Below, piece after piece: positions 1-8,907 of a DNA stretch of 39,734 nucleotides. The notes below the pieces were generated by a model. The model did not search any database. It worked only from the letters and a program-made list of their open reading frames with translations, and was not told where the DNA came from. The DNA is from a virus. Position 1 is the first letter of the stretch, and each line of letters opens with the position of its first letter. The position numbers and the translations under genes were made by a program. The stretch covers positions 1 through 39,734 of the IMG/VR virus record IMGVR_UViG_3300045988_020504. One strand, 5' to 3'.

Positions 1-119
1 CGTGTTTGCAGTGCTGACGGGAAAGACCGTAGAATCGTCGAAAGCGGCAGCAGAGGCATTAAATAAGCAAACATCCGCGCTTAACGGAACGGGAGCGGCT
101 GCGAAAGAGGCAAAAAAGC
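1..119. repeat. Terminal direct repeat, copy 1 (circular-assembly overlap or terminal redundancy)
   Basis: Bases 1-119 are identical base for base to 39616-39734. The unit length of 39615 bp is divisible by 3 and joins the tape-measure ORF in frame. Confidence 0.95.
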
Positions 120-1477
120 AACTGCTCGGATTTGACGAGATCAACCAGCTGACCGAAGATACCTCCGGCGGCGGAGGAGGTTCTGGCACAATAGCACCCG
201 ATTTTTCCGGATTTGATGATACAGAGGACGAGTTAAACACCATTCTCGGACTTGTTGGAGCTATAGCAACCGGCCTTCTGGCGTGGAAAATTGCAAGCCT
301 GTTTACCGATAGTCTGAGCATGATCGGAGGTGTTGCGCTTGCTGCCGCAGGCGCGTTCGCACTGGTTTATTTCTGGCTTGACGCATGGAACAACGGTATT
401 GATATGCAAAACTTCCTCGGTATGCTCGCTGGTGTCGCCGCTCTAGCCGGAGGTCTTGCCATTGCGTTCGGGTCTACCGCCGCAGGCATAGCGCTTGTAA
501 TAGGCGGCCTTGCAATGCTGGTTGTTGGAATAAAGGATGTCATTGAAAACGGATTTACTCTTGAAAACACGTTAACCATCATTGCCGGACTGCTGGCAGC
601 TGGGCTTGGAATTGGCCTGTTAACCGGCAACTGGATTCCTTTGTTGATTGCCGGTATTGCCGCCGCGCTTATAGCACTGGTTTCCTTTACCGGGCATGGC
701 GAGGAACTAATTAACGGATTAAAGGAGACTATCGACGGATTCGGTAAATTCTTCAAAGGCGTTTTTTCCGGGGATATGGAGATGACTGCCGAAGGATTAA
801 AGCAGATATGGGACGGCCTTAAAAATACATGGAACGCTGTCATTGATTCAATCAGGGACGCATGGAATATGTTCATCGAGTGGCTGCGCGGGAAAAATCC
901 GGAATTAGCCGCAATTTTTGAGACATACGGGAAACTGGCCGCTGACCTTTACAACACTGCGAAACAAATCCTGAGCGGATTTATCACATTTATCTCTGGT
1001 GTGTTCACAGGAGACTGGAATAGGGCATGGGAGGGTGTCAAGGAGATTTTCAGGGGCATCTGGAACAGAATTGTGGCAATTCTGGAGGGCGCGATAAATC
1101 TCATCATCGGCGGCATAAACTGGATGATTCGCCAGCTGAACAAGATTCAGATTAAAGCACCGAGCTGGCTTGGTGGCGGCACAATTGGCTTTAATATTCC
1201 TGCAATCAGCACCGTCAGCATTCCCCGCTTGGCGCAAGGTGCAGTTATCCCGCCTAACCGTGAATTTTTGGCCGTCCTGGGCGACCAGAAAAACGGAACA
1301 AACGTTGAAGCCCCTCTGGAAACCATTAAACAGGCTGTTGCGGAGGTGCTTTCGCAGAACGGTTCCGGCGAGGAAATCACGATCAAGTTCACCGGCGACC
1401 TTGCGACGCTTGCGCGGGTGCTGACACCTGAGATCACCCGTCAGCAGCGCCGGACACAGCGGGCATTGGGGGGGTAG
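2..1477 (+). CDS. Tape measure protein, C-terminal part (partial at window start)
   Basis: 491-aa open frame with no start. It has Gly/Ala-rich membrane-like segments and W/helical repeats typical of tape measure proteins, sits upstream of the tail-tip genes, and ends in TAG at 1475-1477. Confidence 0.85.
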   Translation: MFAVLTGKTVESSKAAAEALNKQTSALNGTGAAAKEAKKQLLGFDEINQLTEDTSGGGGGSGTIAPDFSGFDDTEDELNTILGLVGAIATGLLAWKIASLFTDSLSMIGGVALAAAGAFALVYFWLDAWNNGIDMQNFLGMLAGVAALAGGLAIAFGSTAAGIALVIGGLAMLVVGIKDVIENGFTLENTLTIIAGLLAAGLGIGLLTGNWIPLLIAGIAAALIALVSFTGHGEELINGLKETIDGFGKFFKGVFSGDMEMTAEGLKQIWDGLKNTWNAVIDSIRDAWNMFIEWLRGKNPELAAIFETYGKLAADLYNTAKQILSGFITFISGVFTGDWNRAWEGVKEIFRGIWNRIVAILEGAINLIIGGINWMIRQLNKIQIKAPSWLGGGTIGFNIPAISTVSIPRLAQGAVIPPNREFLAVLGDQKNGTNVEAPLETIKQAVAEVLSQNGSGEEITIKFTGDLATLARVLTPEITRQQRRTQRALGG

Positions 1478-1478
1478 T

Positions 1479-1856
1479 ATGGCAAAACCATATTTCAAGA
1501 TCAACGGTGTGGACATCCTCCACCTCACTCAGGAGGGCGGCATAAAATGGCAGCGTAACGATGTGGAAAGCCCCAACGCTGGGCGAACCATGGACGCTAC
1601 CATGCACCGTGGCCGGGTGGCGCAGAAATACCGGGCTGATATCACGTGCATGGATATGAACCGCGCGGAAGAGCTTGCGCTTATGGCTCTGATAAACCCG
1701 GAGTTTGTCACAGTGGAAACGAACCTACACCCGCTATACGGGAGCCAGACGGCGCAATATTATTCCAACAACGTTCCCGCTTCGATCTCCTACGTTGACC
1801 CCGATACCGGGGAATCGGTATGGACGGGTATTTCCTTCCCGCTGATCGAGCAGTAA
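1479..1856 (+). CDS. Tail component, short distal-tail (Dit)-like protein (function tentative)
   Basis: ATG lies 2 nt after the tape-measure stop; 125 aa. The call rests on position immediately downstream of the tape measure gene. Confidence 0.6.
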   Translation: MAKPYFKINGVDILHLTQEGGIKWQRNDVESPNAGRTMDATMHRGRVAQKYRADITCMDMNRAEELALMALINPEFVTVETNLHPLYGSQTAQYYSNNVPASISYVDPDTGESVWTGISFPLIEQ

Positions 1857-1865
1857 GGAGGCAAT

Positions 1866-2651
1866 ATGCAGAAAACATCTGCTCTGTATAGAAAAATCCT
1901 TGCGGGCATCCACACGAAGGAAACGCGGGTTTCTATCGGCGATACGGGCTTTCTTGTGGACAAACGGGGAAACGGAATCACGTTCGGCGGAACCCGCATT
2001 CTGGTTGGGGCTTCCGGCGCAGATGCCGGATACGGAATGAACATCCTCGCGTCGGTAGAAACTACCGGCGCGATTTTCGATGGGAACGAACCGACCGTCG
2101 GCAATGTAATAAGCCGGGAGTGCGACATTAAAATGCTGAAACCCTCCGGGAACATTGAAGGAATGTCCCGGATTGCGGTTTATGTAAGGCTTGTCAGCGG
2201 TAACGGCGAATGCTCCGAGTGGCTCCCGCAGGGCGTATTTTATGCGGATTCCATTGACCAGGACGCTGACGAGGACGATGTGCAATGGCTTAAAATCCAC
2301 GGCTACGACGCTATTCTGTTCGCAGAGCAGGATTACCCAGCAGACAGCAAATTGACATGGCCAGCAACGGATATAGACGTTGTGCGGGAGATTGCCCAGG
2401 CAATGGGCGTGACGGTAGACCCGAGGACGGCGGAGATTATGCGCAACGCCTATCCTGTCCAGTACAATCCGGAATATAATTGCCGGGAATATCTTGGATA
2501 TATCGCCGCCATGTACGCCGGGTGCTTTATCATGAGCGAATCGGGGGAATTGCTTCTGGTATGCTTCTGGAATATCCCAAAAGAAACCCGCTACCTGATC
2601 GATACCCACGGCTACGCCATTACGTTTGGAGGTGACAGGATCGTTGTCTGA
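1866..2651 (+). CDS. Tail-tip / tail-associated protein, N-terminal module
   Basis: GGAGG lies 5 nt upstream of the ATG; 261 aa. Position is tape measure, Dit-like, then this gene. Its 3' end overlaps the next tail ORF. Confidence 0.6.
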   Translation: MQKTSALYRKILAGIHTKETRVSIGDTGFLVDKRGNGITFGGTRILVGASGADAGYGMNILASVETTGAIFDGNEPTVGNVISRECDIKMLKPSGNIEGMSRIAVYVRLVSGNGECSEWLPQGVFYADSIDQDADEDDVQWLKIHGYDAILFAEQDYPADSKLTWPATDIDVVREIAQAMGVTVDPRTAEIMRNAYPVQYNPEYNCREYLGYIAAMYAGCFIMSESGELLLVCFWNIPKETRYLIDTHGYAITFGGDRIVV

Positions 2652-3828
2652 CGTGATCAATGTCCGAAAATCGCTTTCGTCGCTGGAAAAGCAAGACACT
2701 TTCAACGGATATTCAAAGGTCGTTGTTGTCGTGTCAGATGAAATGGAATACTCAGCCGGAACCGACAGCGGGCGAACACTTACTCTGGACTGCCCGTGGG
2801 GTACACAAAAAATGGCTGAGGATATTCTATCGAGAATCCAAGGCTTTCAGTACCAGCCGTATACCGCCGATGGTGCACACATCGACCCGGCGGCGGAGAT
2901 CGGAGACGGATTTGCCGCCGGAAACTTATACAGCGGGATATACTCCAAAAATATTTCCCACGGGGCACTGTACACGGCGAATGTATCCGCACCCGGCGGC
3001 GAAAAAATCAATTATAAGTACGAGTACAAAACACCCACGCAGCGCAAGATTGAACGCCACTATTCCGAAATGAAGTCCACGTTCAAGGTTCAGGCCGACC
3101 AGATTTCCGCCGAAGTCTCTGCCCGTATCGAGCAGGGGGACGAACTCACCTCGCGGCTGGACATTCAGAGTGACCAGATTTCCGCGCGGGTTACCAAAAC
3201 CGGCGGCAGCAGCTCATCCTTCGGTTGGGATCTGCTTAATGATTCCTGGACGATCAAGGCCAACAATACCACAGTGTTCAAAGTCGCCAAGTCCGGCGCA
3301 GAAGTCCGTGGAAAGATCACCGCCTTAAGCGGCAAAATCGGTGGCTTTGACATTCAATCCGACTACCTGAGCTATAACAATCAGACCTGGAACGGCACCA
3401 ACCGCCGGGGCATTTACATTGGTGTCAACGGCATTCAGTGTGGTTCAGAGGCTAACGGCGTGCAGATTACGCCGACCGGCGATCTGTACGCTGAGAATGG
3501 CTATTTCCGGGGAAGCGTCAGCGCCGGAAGAATTGAATATGGCGGCGACGATGGGTACCTTGACGGGTCAGGCCTTGCCAGTCACAGTGTCTACGGCTCG
3601 GAAATCGGCTACAACACCATATCCACGGCATATACCAGCGGAGGTATCAATACCTCGCTTGGGTATGCGGATTTTGCAAATGGTGTATTCAATGGGTGGA
3701 ATACCGCAAGCTACGTTGATGCGGCCGTACTATTCGCGTCGAGCTTCTATTTCAAAGACAAAGAGGTGGCTTGGCGAACAATTAAGGACGGAAACGGATT
3801 ATCACAAACTGTATTAGTGAGGGCTTAA
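2626..3828 (+). CDS. Tail-tip / minor structural protein with coiled-coil and fibre-like C-terminus (start uncertain: TTG 2626, TTG 2644 or GVG 2653)
   Basis: 400-aa ORF with internally repeated QADQISAEVSARIE / QSDQISARVTKTG segments and a KITALSGKIGGFDIQSDYL motif typical of Firmicutes phage tail proteins. GGAGGTG at 2628-2634 would serve TTG 2644. Confidence 0.65.
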   Translation: MEVTGSLSDVINVRKSLSSLEKQDTFNGYSKVVVVVSDEMEYSAGTDSGRTLTLDCPWGTQKMAEDILSRIQGFQYQPYTADGAHIDPAAEIGDGFAAGNLYSGIYSKNISHGALYTANVSAPGGEKINYKYEYKTPTQRKIERHYSEMKSTFKVQADQISAEVSARIEQGDELTSRLDIQSDQISARVTKTGGSSSSFGWDLLNDSWTIKANNTTVFKVAKSGAEVRGKITALSGKIGGFDIQSDYLSYNNQTWNGTNRRGIYIGVNGIQCGSEANGVQITPTGDLYAENGYFRGSVSAGRIEYGGDDGYLDGSGLASHSVYGSEIGYNTISTAYTSGGINTSLGYADFANGVFNGWNTASYVDAAVLFASSFYFKDKEVAWRTIKDGNGLSQTVLVRA

Positions 3829-3830
3829 GT

Positions 3831-4076
3831 ATGGAAAAACTGAAAACCGCAACAGGCAAAGAATTCAACTGCGATTATTTCAACCCATTCCCCCAGGCGG
3901 GGCAGATAAACATCCGTATTCTCGGGGAATCCCTGGCGACGATTGCCACGGTATTTGCAAATCCCGCTGAGACGGTGCAAATGTGGTGGGAAGGGCAGTA
4001 CGCCGCCCAATATACGAGGCTAATCGCTATCGTACCGGAAACCGGCGCGGTGCGTGTGGTGCTGGGAAAGGAGTAA
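3831..4076 (+). CDS. Hypothetical protein (tail module)
   Basis: 81-aa ORF whose ATG lies 2 nt after the previous stop. No recognisable motif. Confidence 0.6.
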   Translation: MEKLKTATGKEFNCDYFNPFPQAGQINIRILGESLATIATVFANPAETVQMWWEGQYAAQYTRLIAIVPETGAVRVVLGKE

Positions 4077-4078
4077 AA

Positions 4079-4252
4079 ATGAACCCTGTAATGAAACTTA
4101 GGGCAGTCCTGAATACCCTCGAGGGCGTTCAGGTCGCAGGACGGGAAAACTGGGACAGGATGCTGGGCAGTATGCAGGCCGTCGAAGAAGTGGTGCAGGC
4201 GCTGTCTGCGCCTCCTGCGCCCGAAAAAGAGACTGACGTTGAGGAGGGATGA
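4079..4252 (+). CDS. Small protein (57 aa) ending in a Pro/acidic linker, in frame with the downstream tail fibre
   Basis: ATG 4079 follows GGAAAGGAG. It reads MNPVMKLRAVLNTLEGVQVAGRENWDRMLG...APPAPEKETDVEEG and stops at TGA 4250-4252. Confidence 0.6.
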   Translation: MNPVMKLRAVLNTLEGVQVAGRENWDRMLGSMQAVEEVVQALSAPPAPEKETDVEEG

Positions 4253-4321
4253 CTTATCGCAGATAAAGCAATATCCGAGCTGATTGCCGCTGAACAGGTA
4301 AAAGCAACCGACCTTCTTGTA

Positions 4322-5500
4322 ATGGAGCAGGACGGCGCGGCAAAGAAGCTGACCGGGCAAATTCTGCTGAACTGGCTGACCGCCGCCGCTGACGGCCATG
4401 GCGGTATCAGCAGCATCGTGAAGCAGTCCACCAGTGGCCTTACGGATACATACCGTATCACCATGGCGGATACCACGACCTTTGATTTTCCCGTTAAAAA
4501 CGGTAGGGGCATTACCGGAGTTTCCAAAATCTCCACCAGCGGGCTGGTAGACACGTACCGTATCACCTACAACGACAGCACCAACAGCACGTTTACCATC
4601 ACGAACGGCGCGAAAGGTGACAAGGGCGACAACGCATACGTCTGGATTCGGTACGCGGCGCAGGAACCTACGGCAGCTTCTCACAGCTTCGGTGTTCTCC
4701 CTGACAACTGGATGGGTGTGTACAGTGGCAATTCCGCAACCGCTCCAACGGATTGGACACAGTATCAGTGGTTCGAGATCAAGGGCGAAAAGGGCGACAT
4801 CGGGAACCCGGCTCTGTTGACCAGTCAGTCCGTAACATATCAAGCCAGCACATCCGGGAATGTTATACCGTCCGGAAACTGGCAAGGCAGCATTCCCACG
4901 GTAGCACAGGGCGCTTACCTGTGGACGCGAGTTGCAATGACGTTCAATTCCGGAACCCCGATTTATGCCTACTCCGTCTCCCGCATGGGCATTGACGGAA
5001 CAGGTGCGGTATCCACCGTTTGCGGTGTAGCCCCGAATTCCAGCGGTAACGTCAATTTATCCGCTTCCGATGTTGGCGCATTGGCGGCATCGGGTGGAGA
5101 AGTGACCGGGGACATCGTCGTGAACGGAACCATAGACATGCGCGCACATCGGATTACGAGCCTGGCCGACCCGGTATCAGTCGATGACGCAGTCCATAAA
5201 GACTACGTTGATTCGGCGATTGCCGGTGTCAAGACGGTTTCCGTCTCCGCAACACTGACCGTTGCCGGGTGGACTGGCAGTGCGCCGTATGTCCAGCCTG
5301 TGACCATCGAAGGCCTGACGGACGCAAAGAAAGCTATGGCCTATCCGGTGTATGGAAGCGACACGCCTGCCAATGTCGCGCTGAAAGATGCCTGCGGTAT
5401 GGTGAGCTTCGCTTCCCGGTCAGGCAGTACGCTGACGTTTACCTGCCTTGAGGACAAGCCCACGGTGGACATTCCGATTACGGTGGAGGTGTACGTATGA
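4322..5500 (+). CDS. Tail fibre protein (coordinates from the first ATG; the true N-terminus probably begins near 4253-4256)
   Basis: Duplicated SGL(T/V)DTYRIT...NG modules, short collagen-like GAKGDKGD / KGEKGDIG stretches and a C-terminal receptor-binding-like region. The conserved fibre N-terminal motif ISELIAAEQVKATDLLVMEQDGAAKKLTGQ starts upstream of ATG 4322. Confidence 0.8.
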   Translation: MEQDGAAKKLTGQILLNWLTAAADGHGGISSIVKQSTSGLTDTYRITMADTTTFDFPVKNGRGITGVSKISTSGLVDTYRITYNDSTNSTFTITNGAKGDKGDNAYVWIRYAAQEPTAASHSFGVLPDNWMGVYSGNSATAPTDWTQYQWFEIKGEKGDIGNPALLTSQSVTYQASTSGNVIPSGNWQGSIPTVAQGAYLWTRVAMTFNSGTPIYAYSVSRMGIDGTGAVSTVCGVAPNSSGNVNLSASDVGALAASGGEVTGDIVVNGTIDMRAHRITSLADPVSVDDAVHKDYVDSAIAGVKTVSVSATLTVAGWTGSAPYVQPVTIEGLTDAKKAMAYPVYGSDTPANVALKDACGMVSFASRSGSTLTFTCLEDKPTVDIPITVEVYV

Positions 5501-6492
5501 GCATTGCAGTGCCTTTATATGGATTTGGCGCCAGCGGCGGCGAAGGTGGCACCCTTACCGTCACAGCCCCGGCGAACGTCACTGTGACTGTTTCCAAGGA
5601 TGGCAAGACAAAGACCAAGAACTCCGGAACAACGGGTGTGGTGGTCTTCAAGGGGCTTGCAAGTGGGACGTGGACGGTTACCATCACCGGCGACGGAAAG
5701 ACTGCCCAAAAGAATGTTGTGATTACGACTGACTACAGCACGGCAATCTCGTTCAATACCATCCCCGAATTTACCTACACCGGCGACTACGAAATCGTTA
5801 ATGATTCTGACGAGCCTATCACCGTATCTCAGGGCAACTGGAAAATCCGCTTCCTCACCTCTGGCACGCTGACGTTTACCAACCTCAACGGTGCAGAAAA
5901 CGGTATTGACGTCTTCCTTGTTGGAGGAGGAGGGGGTGGCTATTTACGCGGCGGCGGTGGTGGTGGATACACGAAAACCTCTAAAAATATTCAGGTGCAG
6001 GCTGGCATTCCTTACAGCATAGTTATTGGTGCTGGAGGCATTGGGAGTGCATCCGGTGGACTTAGTTCCGCATTTTCTGCAACCGCTCAGGGTGGACACG
6101 GTGGAAATAGAACGGGCGGTGCAGGTGGTTCCGGTGGCGGTGGCCGCGCGGATAATAATATGAATGGTGGTACAGGCGGTTCCAACGGTGGAAATGGCCA
6201 AAAATCCTACTTCGATGGTGGAACAGGTCAAGGAACAACCACTAGAGAATTTGGACAAGCTAATGGTACGCTTTATGCTGGCGGTGGCGGAGGCTGTGGT
6301 TCCGGCGGTGGCACTGGTGGTATTGGTGGTTCTGGCGGCGGTGGCACTGGTGGTAACGAAGCACAGAAAATTAACGGTGTCGATGGACAGAACAATACCG
6401 GTGGCGGTGCTGGCGGCGCGACAGAATCACAGGCTGGTACAAAAGGCGGCTCCGGAATCGCAATCATCCGCAATGCAAGGGGGGCTGCATAA
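5497..6492 (+). CDS. Glycine-rich tail fibre / receptor-binding-associated protein
   Basis: ATGA overlap with the fibre gene. The N-terminus is a beta-sandwich-like domain (TLTVTAPANVTVTVSKDGKTK...TWTVTITGDGK). Long GGGGGGY / GGxGG tracts follow, as in phage glycine-rich-domain proteins. Confidence 0.7.
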   Translation: MSIAVPLYGFGASGGEGGTLTVTAPANVTVTVSKDGKTKTKNSGTTGVVVFKGLASGTWTVTITGDGKTAQKNVVITTDYSTAISFNTIPEFTYTGDYEIVNDSDEPITVSQGNWKIRFLTSGTLTFTNLNGAENGIDVFLVGGGGGGYLRGGGGGGYTKTSKNIQVQAGIPYSIVIGAGGIGSASGGLSSAFSATAQGGHGGNRTGGAGGSGGGGRADNNMNGGTGGSNGGNGQKSYFDGGTGQGTTTREFGQANGTLYAGGGGGCGSGGGTGGIGGSGGGGTGGNEAQKINGVDGQNNTGGGAGGATESQAGTKGGSGIAIIRNARGAA

Positions 6493-6746
6493 TGGCAAAG
6501 TCAATGGCACTCATTGAAAACGGCGTTGTTACCAATATGTTGTGGTGTACTGATTCTGAACAGGAGACGGAATCCCTCATCAACCCTGCAGACCGCCCCG
6601 TGGCTATCGGCGATACCTACAGCAATGGTAAATTCTATCGGGACGGGGTGGAAATCCTCACCCCGTTGGAAGAAGCATTGAAAAAGAACGAGGAACAGTT
6701 GAAAGAGTTGGATGAAGCCTACAAGAAAGGGGTTGACAGTGTGTGA
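6492..6746 (+). CDS. Hypothetical small protein (tail fibre accessory position)
   Basis: TAATG overlap; 84 aa, with a coiled-coil C-terminus. Confidence 0.6.
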   Translation: MAKSMALIENGVVTNMLWCTDSEQETESLINPADRPVAIGDTYSNGKFYRDGVEILTPLEEALKKNEEQLKELDEAYKKGVDSV

Positions 6747-7192
6747 CACAAGAGGAAAGAAAAAGCATCATGTATGCCCAGGGGCGTGCCAATGCCCAGA
6801 GCTTGCAGAAGAAAGCCCCGGACATGACAGGCACAGAACTGTATGCGGCTGACCGGGACATCCCGCACTTTGAGGCCGCCTGTACCGTCAAGAACATGCT
6901 GGAACGTGCGGCCGGGTTTGTATGTCTGTCCCCGGCCGGTCGTGTGGTGCGGCTGTTGCAGCCCTATGATAGCACTATCTACACCCGGGAACCTGAGGAA
7001 CTTCCAGCACAGTGGGGGTTTGCTTGGAGCACAGACCCAGCGAAAGCGTTGCCGTTCGTCGCCATGGCTACCAGCCCCTACAATAAGGGCGACTGCTGCA
7101 CGGAGGGAAGCAAAGTGTACCGCTCCACGTTAGACAATAACGTATGGTCGCCGTCCGCATACCCTCAGGGTTGGGAAGAGGTGAACGTATGA
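6743..7192 (+). CDS. Hypothetical protein with a carbohydrate-binding-like C-terminus (start GTG 6743 or ATG 6770)
   Basis: 149 aa. The C-terminal CCTEGSKVYRSTLDNNVWSPSAYPQGWEEV resembles CBM5/12-type W/Y motifs. Confidence 0.55.
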   Translation: MTQEERKSIMYAQGRANAQSLQKKAPDMTGTELYAADRDIPHFEAACTVKNMLERAAGFVCLSPAGRVVRLLQPYDSTIYTREPEELPAQWGFAWSTDPAKALPFVAMATSPYNKGDCCTEGSKVYRSTLDNNVWSPSAYPQGWEEVNV

Positions 7193-7803
7193 CGGTAAAG
7201 CAAATCCAATGCCTCCTGACCTATCTGGGCTATTCTCCCGGCACGATTGACGGAATTGAGGGCAGGAATACCCAAGGGGCAATTCGGGCGTTTCAGGACG
7301 ACTACGGGCTTGCAGTGGACGGGATACCGGGGGCGGCTACTCAGAAAATGCTCATTGGCGCTATCGCCGGGACGGCGGTAAAGGTTGAGAAGCCGGAGAG
7401 CAGCGACGCGCAGAAAACCGGGACGTTCTGGGACGATATCAAGTATTTCACCCGGGAGGAATTCCGGTGCCAGTGCGGCGGGAAATACTGCAACGGATTC
7501 CCCGCAGAACCGGTGGAGGAAACCGTCCGCATGGCGGATGAGATACGCCGCCGGGCGGGGGTTCCCCTGAATGTGAATTCCGGCGTGCGGTGCAAGCGGC
7601 ACAACGCTGAGGTGGGTGGGGTATCCAACTCCCTGCACACCACTGGGCAGGCTGTAGACCTCTCAGGGGCTATCTCGCCGGAGAAACTGTATGCCATAGC
7701 GCAGGAGGTGCAGGCCGAGAAAATCCCTGGGCGGGGCGGTCTGGGGCTGTACGGATGGGGCATTCACGAGGACAACGGGAAGTACAGCCGGTGGAACGGC
7801 TGA
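7189..7803 (+). CDS. Endolysin: PG_binding_1 domain plus peptidase M15A-type (zinc D,D- or L-Ala-D-Glu peptidase) domain
   Basis: ATGA overlap start after GGGAAGAGGTG. It has LGYSPGTIDGIEGRNTQGAIRAFQDDYGLAVDGIPG (peptidoglycan-binding repeat) and SGVRCKRHNAEVGGVSNSLHTTGQAVD...GIHED (M15 metal ligands). Confidence 0.85.
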   Translation: MTVKQIQCLLTYLGYSPGTIDGIEGRNTQGAIRAFQDDYGLAVDGIPGAATQKMLIGAIAGTAVKVEKPESSDAQKTGTFWDDIKYFTREEFRCQCGGKYCNGFPAEPVEETVRMADEIRRRAGVPLNVNSGVRCKRHNAEVGGVSNSLHTTGQAVDLSGAISPEKLYAIAQEVQAEKIPGRGGLGLYGWGIHEDNGKYSRWNG

Positions 7804-7812
7804 GAAGGGAGT

Positions 7813-8118
7813 ATGCCAATGGAAGAAACGGAAATCGCCGGGCGGCTTTCTGCGGTAGAACAGCGGAGCAAATCCAACTCCCACCGGCTGGACGCGCTGG
7901 AACGGCACACGGAAGCGGTGAACACGCTGGCAACATCCGTCGCCGTCATGGCGGAGAAGGTGGAGGTCACCGGGGAGAAGGTTGACGGCCTTTGCACGGA
8001 CGTGCAGGAGCTGAAATCCGAACCCGGCAAGCGGTGGAAATCGGTGGTAGAAAGGGTCATATACATCGTCGTAGCCGCTGTCGTAGGGTTTATCCTTGCC
8101 CGGCTTGGGCTGGGCTGA
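7813..8118 (+). CDS. xhlA: XhlA-like lysis-associated membrane protein (start 7813 or 7819)
   Basis: About 100 aa. An N-terminal coiled coil (RLSAVEQRSKSNSHRLDALERHTEAV...) is followed by a single C-terminal TM helix (VIYIVVAAVVGFILARLGLG), and the gene sits between endolysin and holin. Confidence 0.6.
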   Translation: MPMEETEIAGRLSAVEQRSKSNSHRLDALERHTEAVNTLATSVAVMAEKVEVTGEKVDGLCTDVQELKSEPGKRWKSVVERVIYIVVAAVVGFILARLGLG

Positions 8119-8138
8119 TTTTTAAGGAGGAAAACAAA

Positions 8139-8387
8139 ATGTACGAACTGAAAGACACCATCGAAGGCATGACAAGCGCTGACTATAAGGAGCGCTTTAA
8201 GGCCGAGTACCAGCAGGTAAAAATCCGGTACGACAAACTGGACGCAATGACCGTGAAGTACGAGGCTGGAACGTTGCCGTTCACCCCCGACTGCTCGCTC
8301 GATCTTCTGAAGGAGCAGAAGAAGCACATGGGGAATTACATCCGTTGCCTGAAAATCCGCGCTGAGATCGAGGGCATTATGCTTTAA
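8139..8387 (+). CDS. Conserved small phage protein in the lysis cassette
   Basis: ATG 8139 follows TAAGGAGG. 82 aa, MYELKDTIEGMTSADYKERFKAEYQQVKIRYDKL... Confidence 0.65.
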   Translation: MYELKDTIEGMTSADYKERFKAEYQQVKIRYDKLDAMTVKYEAGTLPFTPDCSLDLLKEQKKHMGNYIRCLKIRAEIEGIML

Positions 8388-8400
8388 GGAGGAAAACAAA

Positions 8401-8658
8401 ATGATTAACTGGATTGTACGTATCAAGAACAAGAACTTCTGGCTGGCCGCGATTCCCGCGCTGCTTCTGCTGGTTCAGACGGTAGCCGCCCTGTTCGGCT
8501 TTACGCTGGACTTGGGTGAGATCGGCGATAAGCTTCTGGCCGTGGTGAACGCCGTGTTTGCCCTGCTGGTGATTCTGGGCGTGGTCAATGATCCTACCAC
8601 CGCCGGTATCGCTGACAGCAAACAGGCAAGAACTTACATTTCTCCCAAGGAGGACTGA
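8401..8658 (+). CDS. Holin, phiLC3 / Phage_holin_1-like
   Basis: MINWIVRIKNKNFWLAAIPALLLLVQTVAALFG...VILGVVNDPTTAGIADSKQA matches the phiLC3 holin pattern: two TM helices and a DPTT.G..DS tail. Confidence 0.85.
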   Translation: MINWIVRIKNKNFWLAAIPALLLLVQTVAALFGFTLDLGEIGDKLLAVVNAVFALLVILGVVNDPTTAGIADSKQARTYISPKED

Positions 8659-8666
8659 TGTGATAA

Positions 8667-8900
8667 GTGAAAGTCCCGTGGAATCGGGTAATTCTGGATG
8701 AGTTCTGTTCTCTGGCGATTCTCACGCCGCTGGAGGAAAAGATCATCCGCACCCGAGCCGCCGGATGGAGCCAGACAAAACAGTGCCACAAGTTTTGTGT
8801 GTCCCAAGCCACTATCACAAGAACGGTCAAAAAGTTGCGGATGGAATACGAATTGTGCAGAAAGTACAGCGACAAGCTTCCTGAAAATCTGAAATTCTGA
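8667..8900 (+). CDS. Small sigma-70 region-4-like HTH DNA-binding protein
   Basis: GTG start lies 12 nt after AAGGAGGA; 77 aa. LTPLEEKIIRTRAAGWSQTKQCHKFCVSQATITRTVKKL has the form of an r4/LuxR-type HTH. Confidence 0.6.
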   Translation: MKVPWNRVILDEFCSLAILTPLEEKIIRTRAAGWSQTKQCHKFCVSQATITRTVKKLRMEYELCRKYSDKLPENLKF

Positions 8901-8907
8901 TTCTGCG

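Noticed and set aside
1448-1479. G7 tract at the tape-measure stop as a frameshift fusing the tape measure to the next ORF
   Set aside because: With G7 as given, the tape measure gene ends cleanly at TAG and the next gene has its own ATG. A fusion would need a 1-nt change, and nothing in the sequence requires it.
4250-4252. Genome-wide TGA reassignment (code 4/25-type recoding)
   Set aside because: Many well-defined genes here terminate at TGA with coupled ATGA restarts (e.g. 5497, 7189, 16136, 35629, 36081), and TAA and TAG are also used. Only a local readthrough or non-AUG start is considered.
5900-6480. Repetitive GGTGG/GGCGG tracts as a CRISPR array or other tandem repeat
   Set aside because: They are irregular, lack a spacer-repeat architecture and translate as a continuous Gly-rich protein. 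They are codon-level low complexity, not an array.
4322-6492. Diversity-generating retroelement acting on the fibre genes
   Set aside because: No reverse transcriptase ORF and no template/variable repeat pair are visible anywhere in the 39.6-kb genome.
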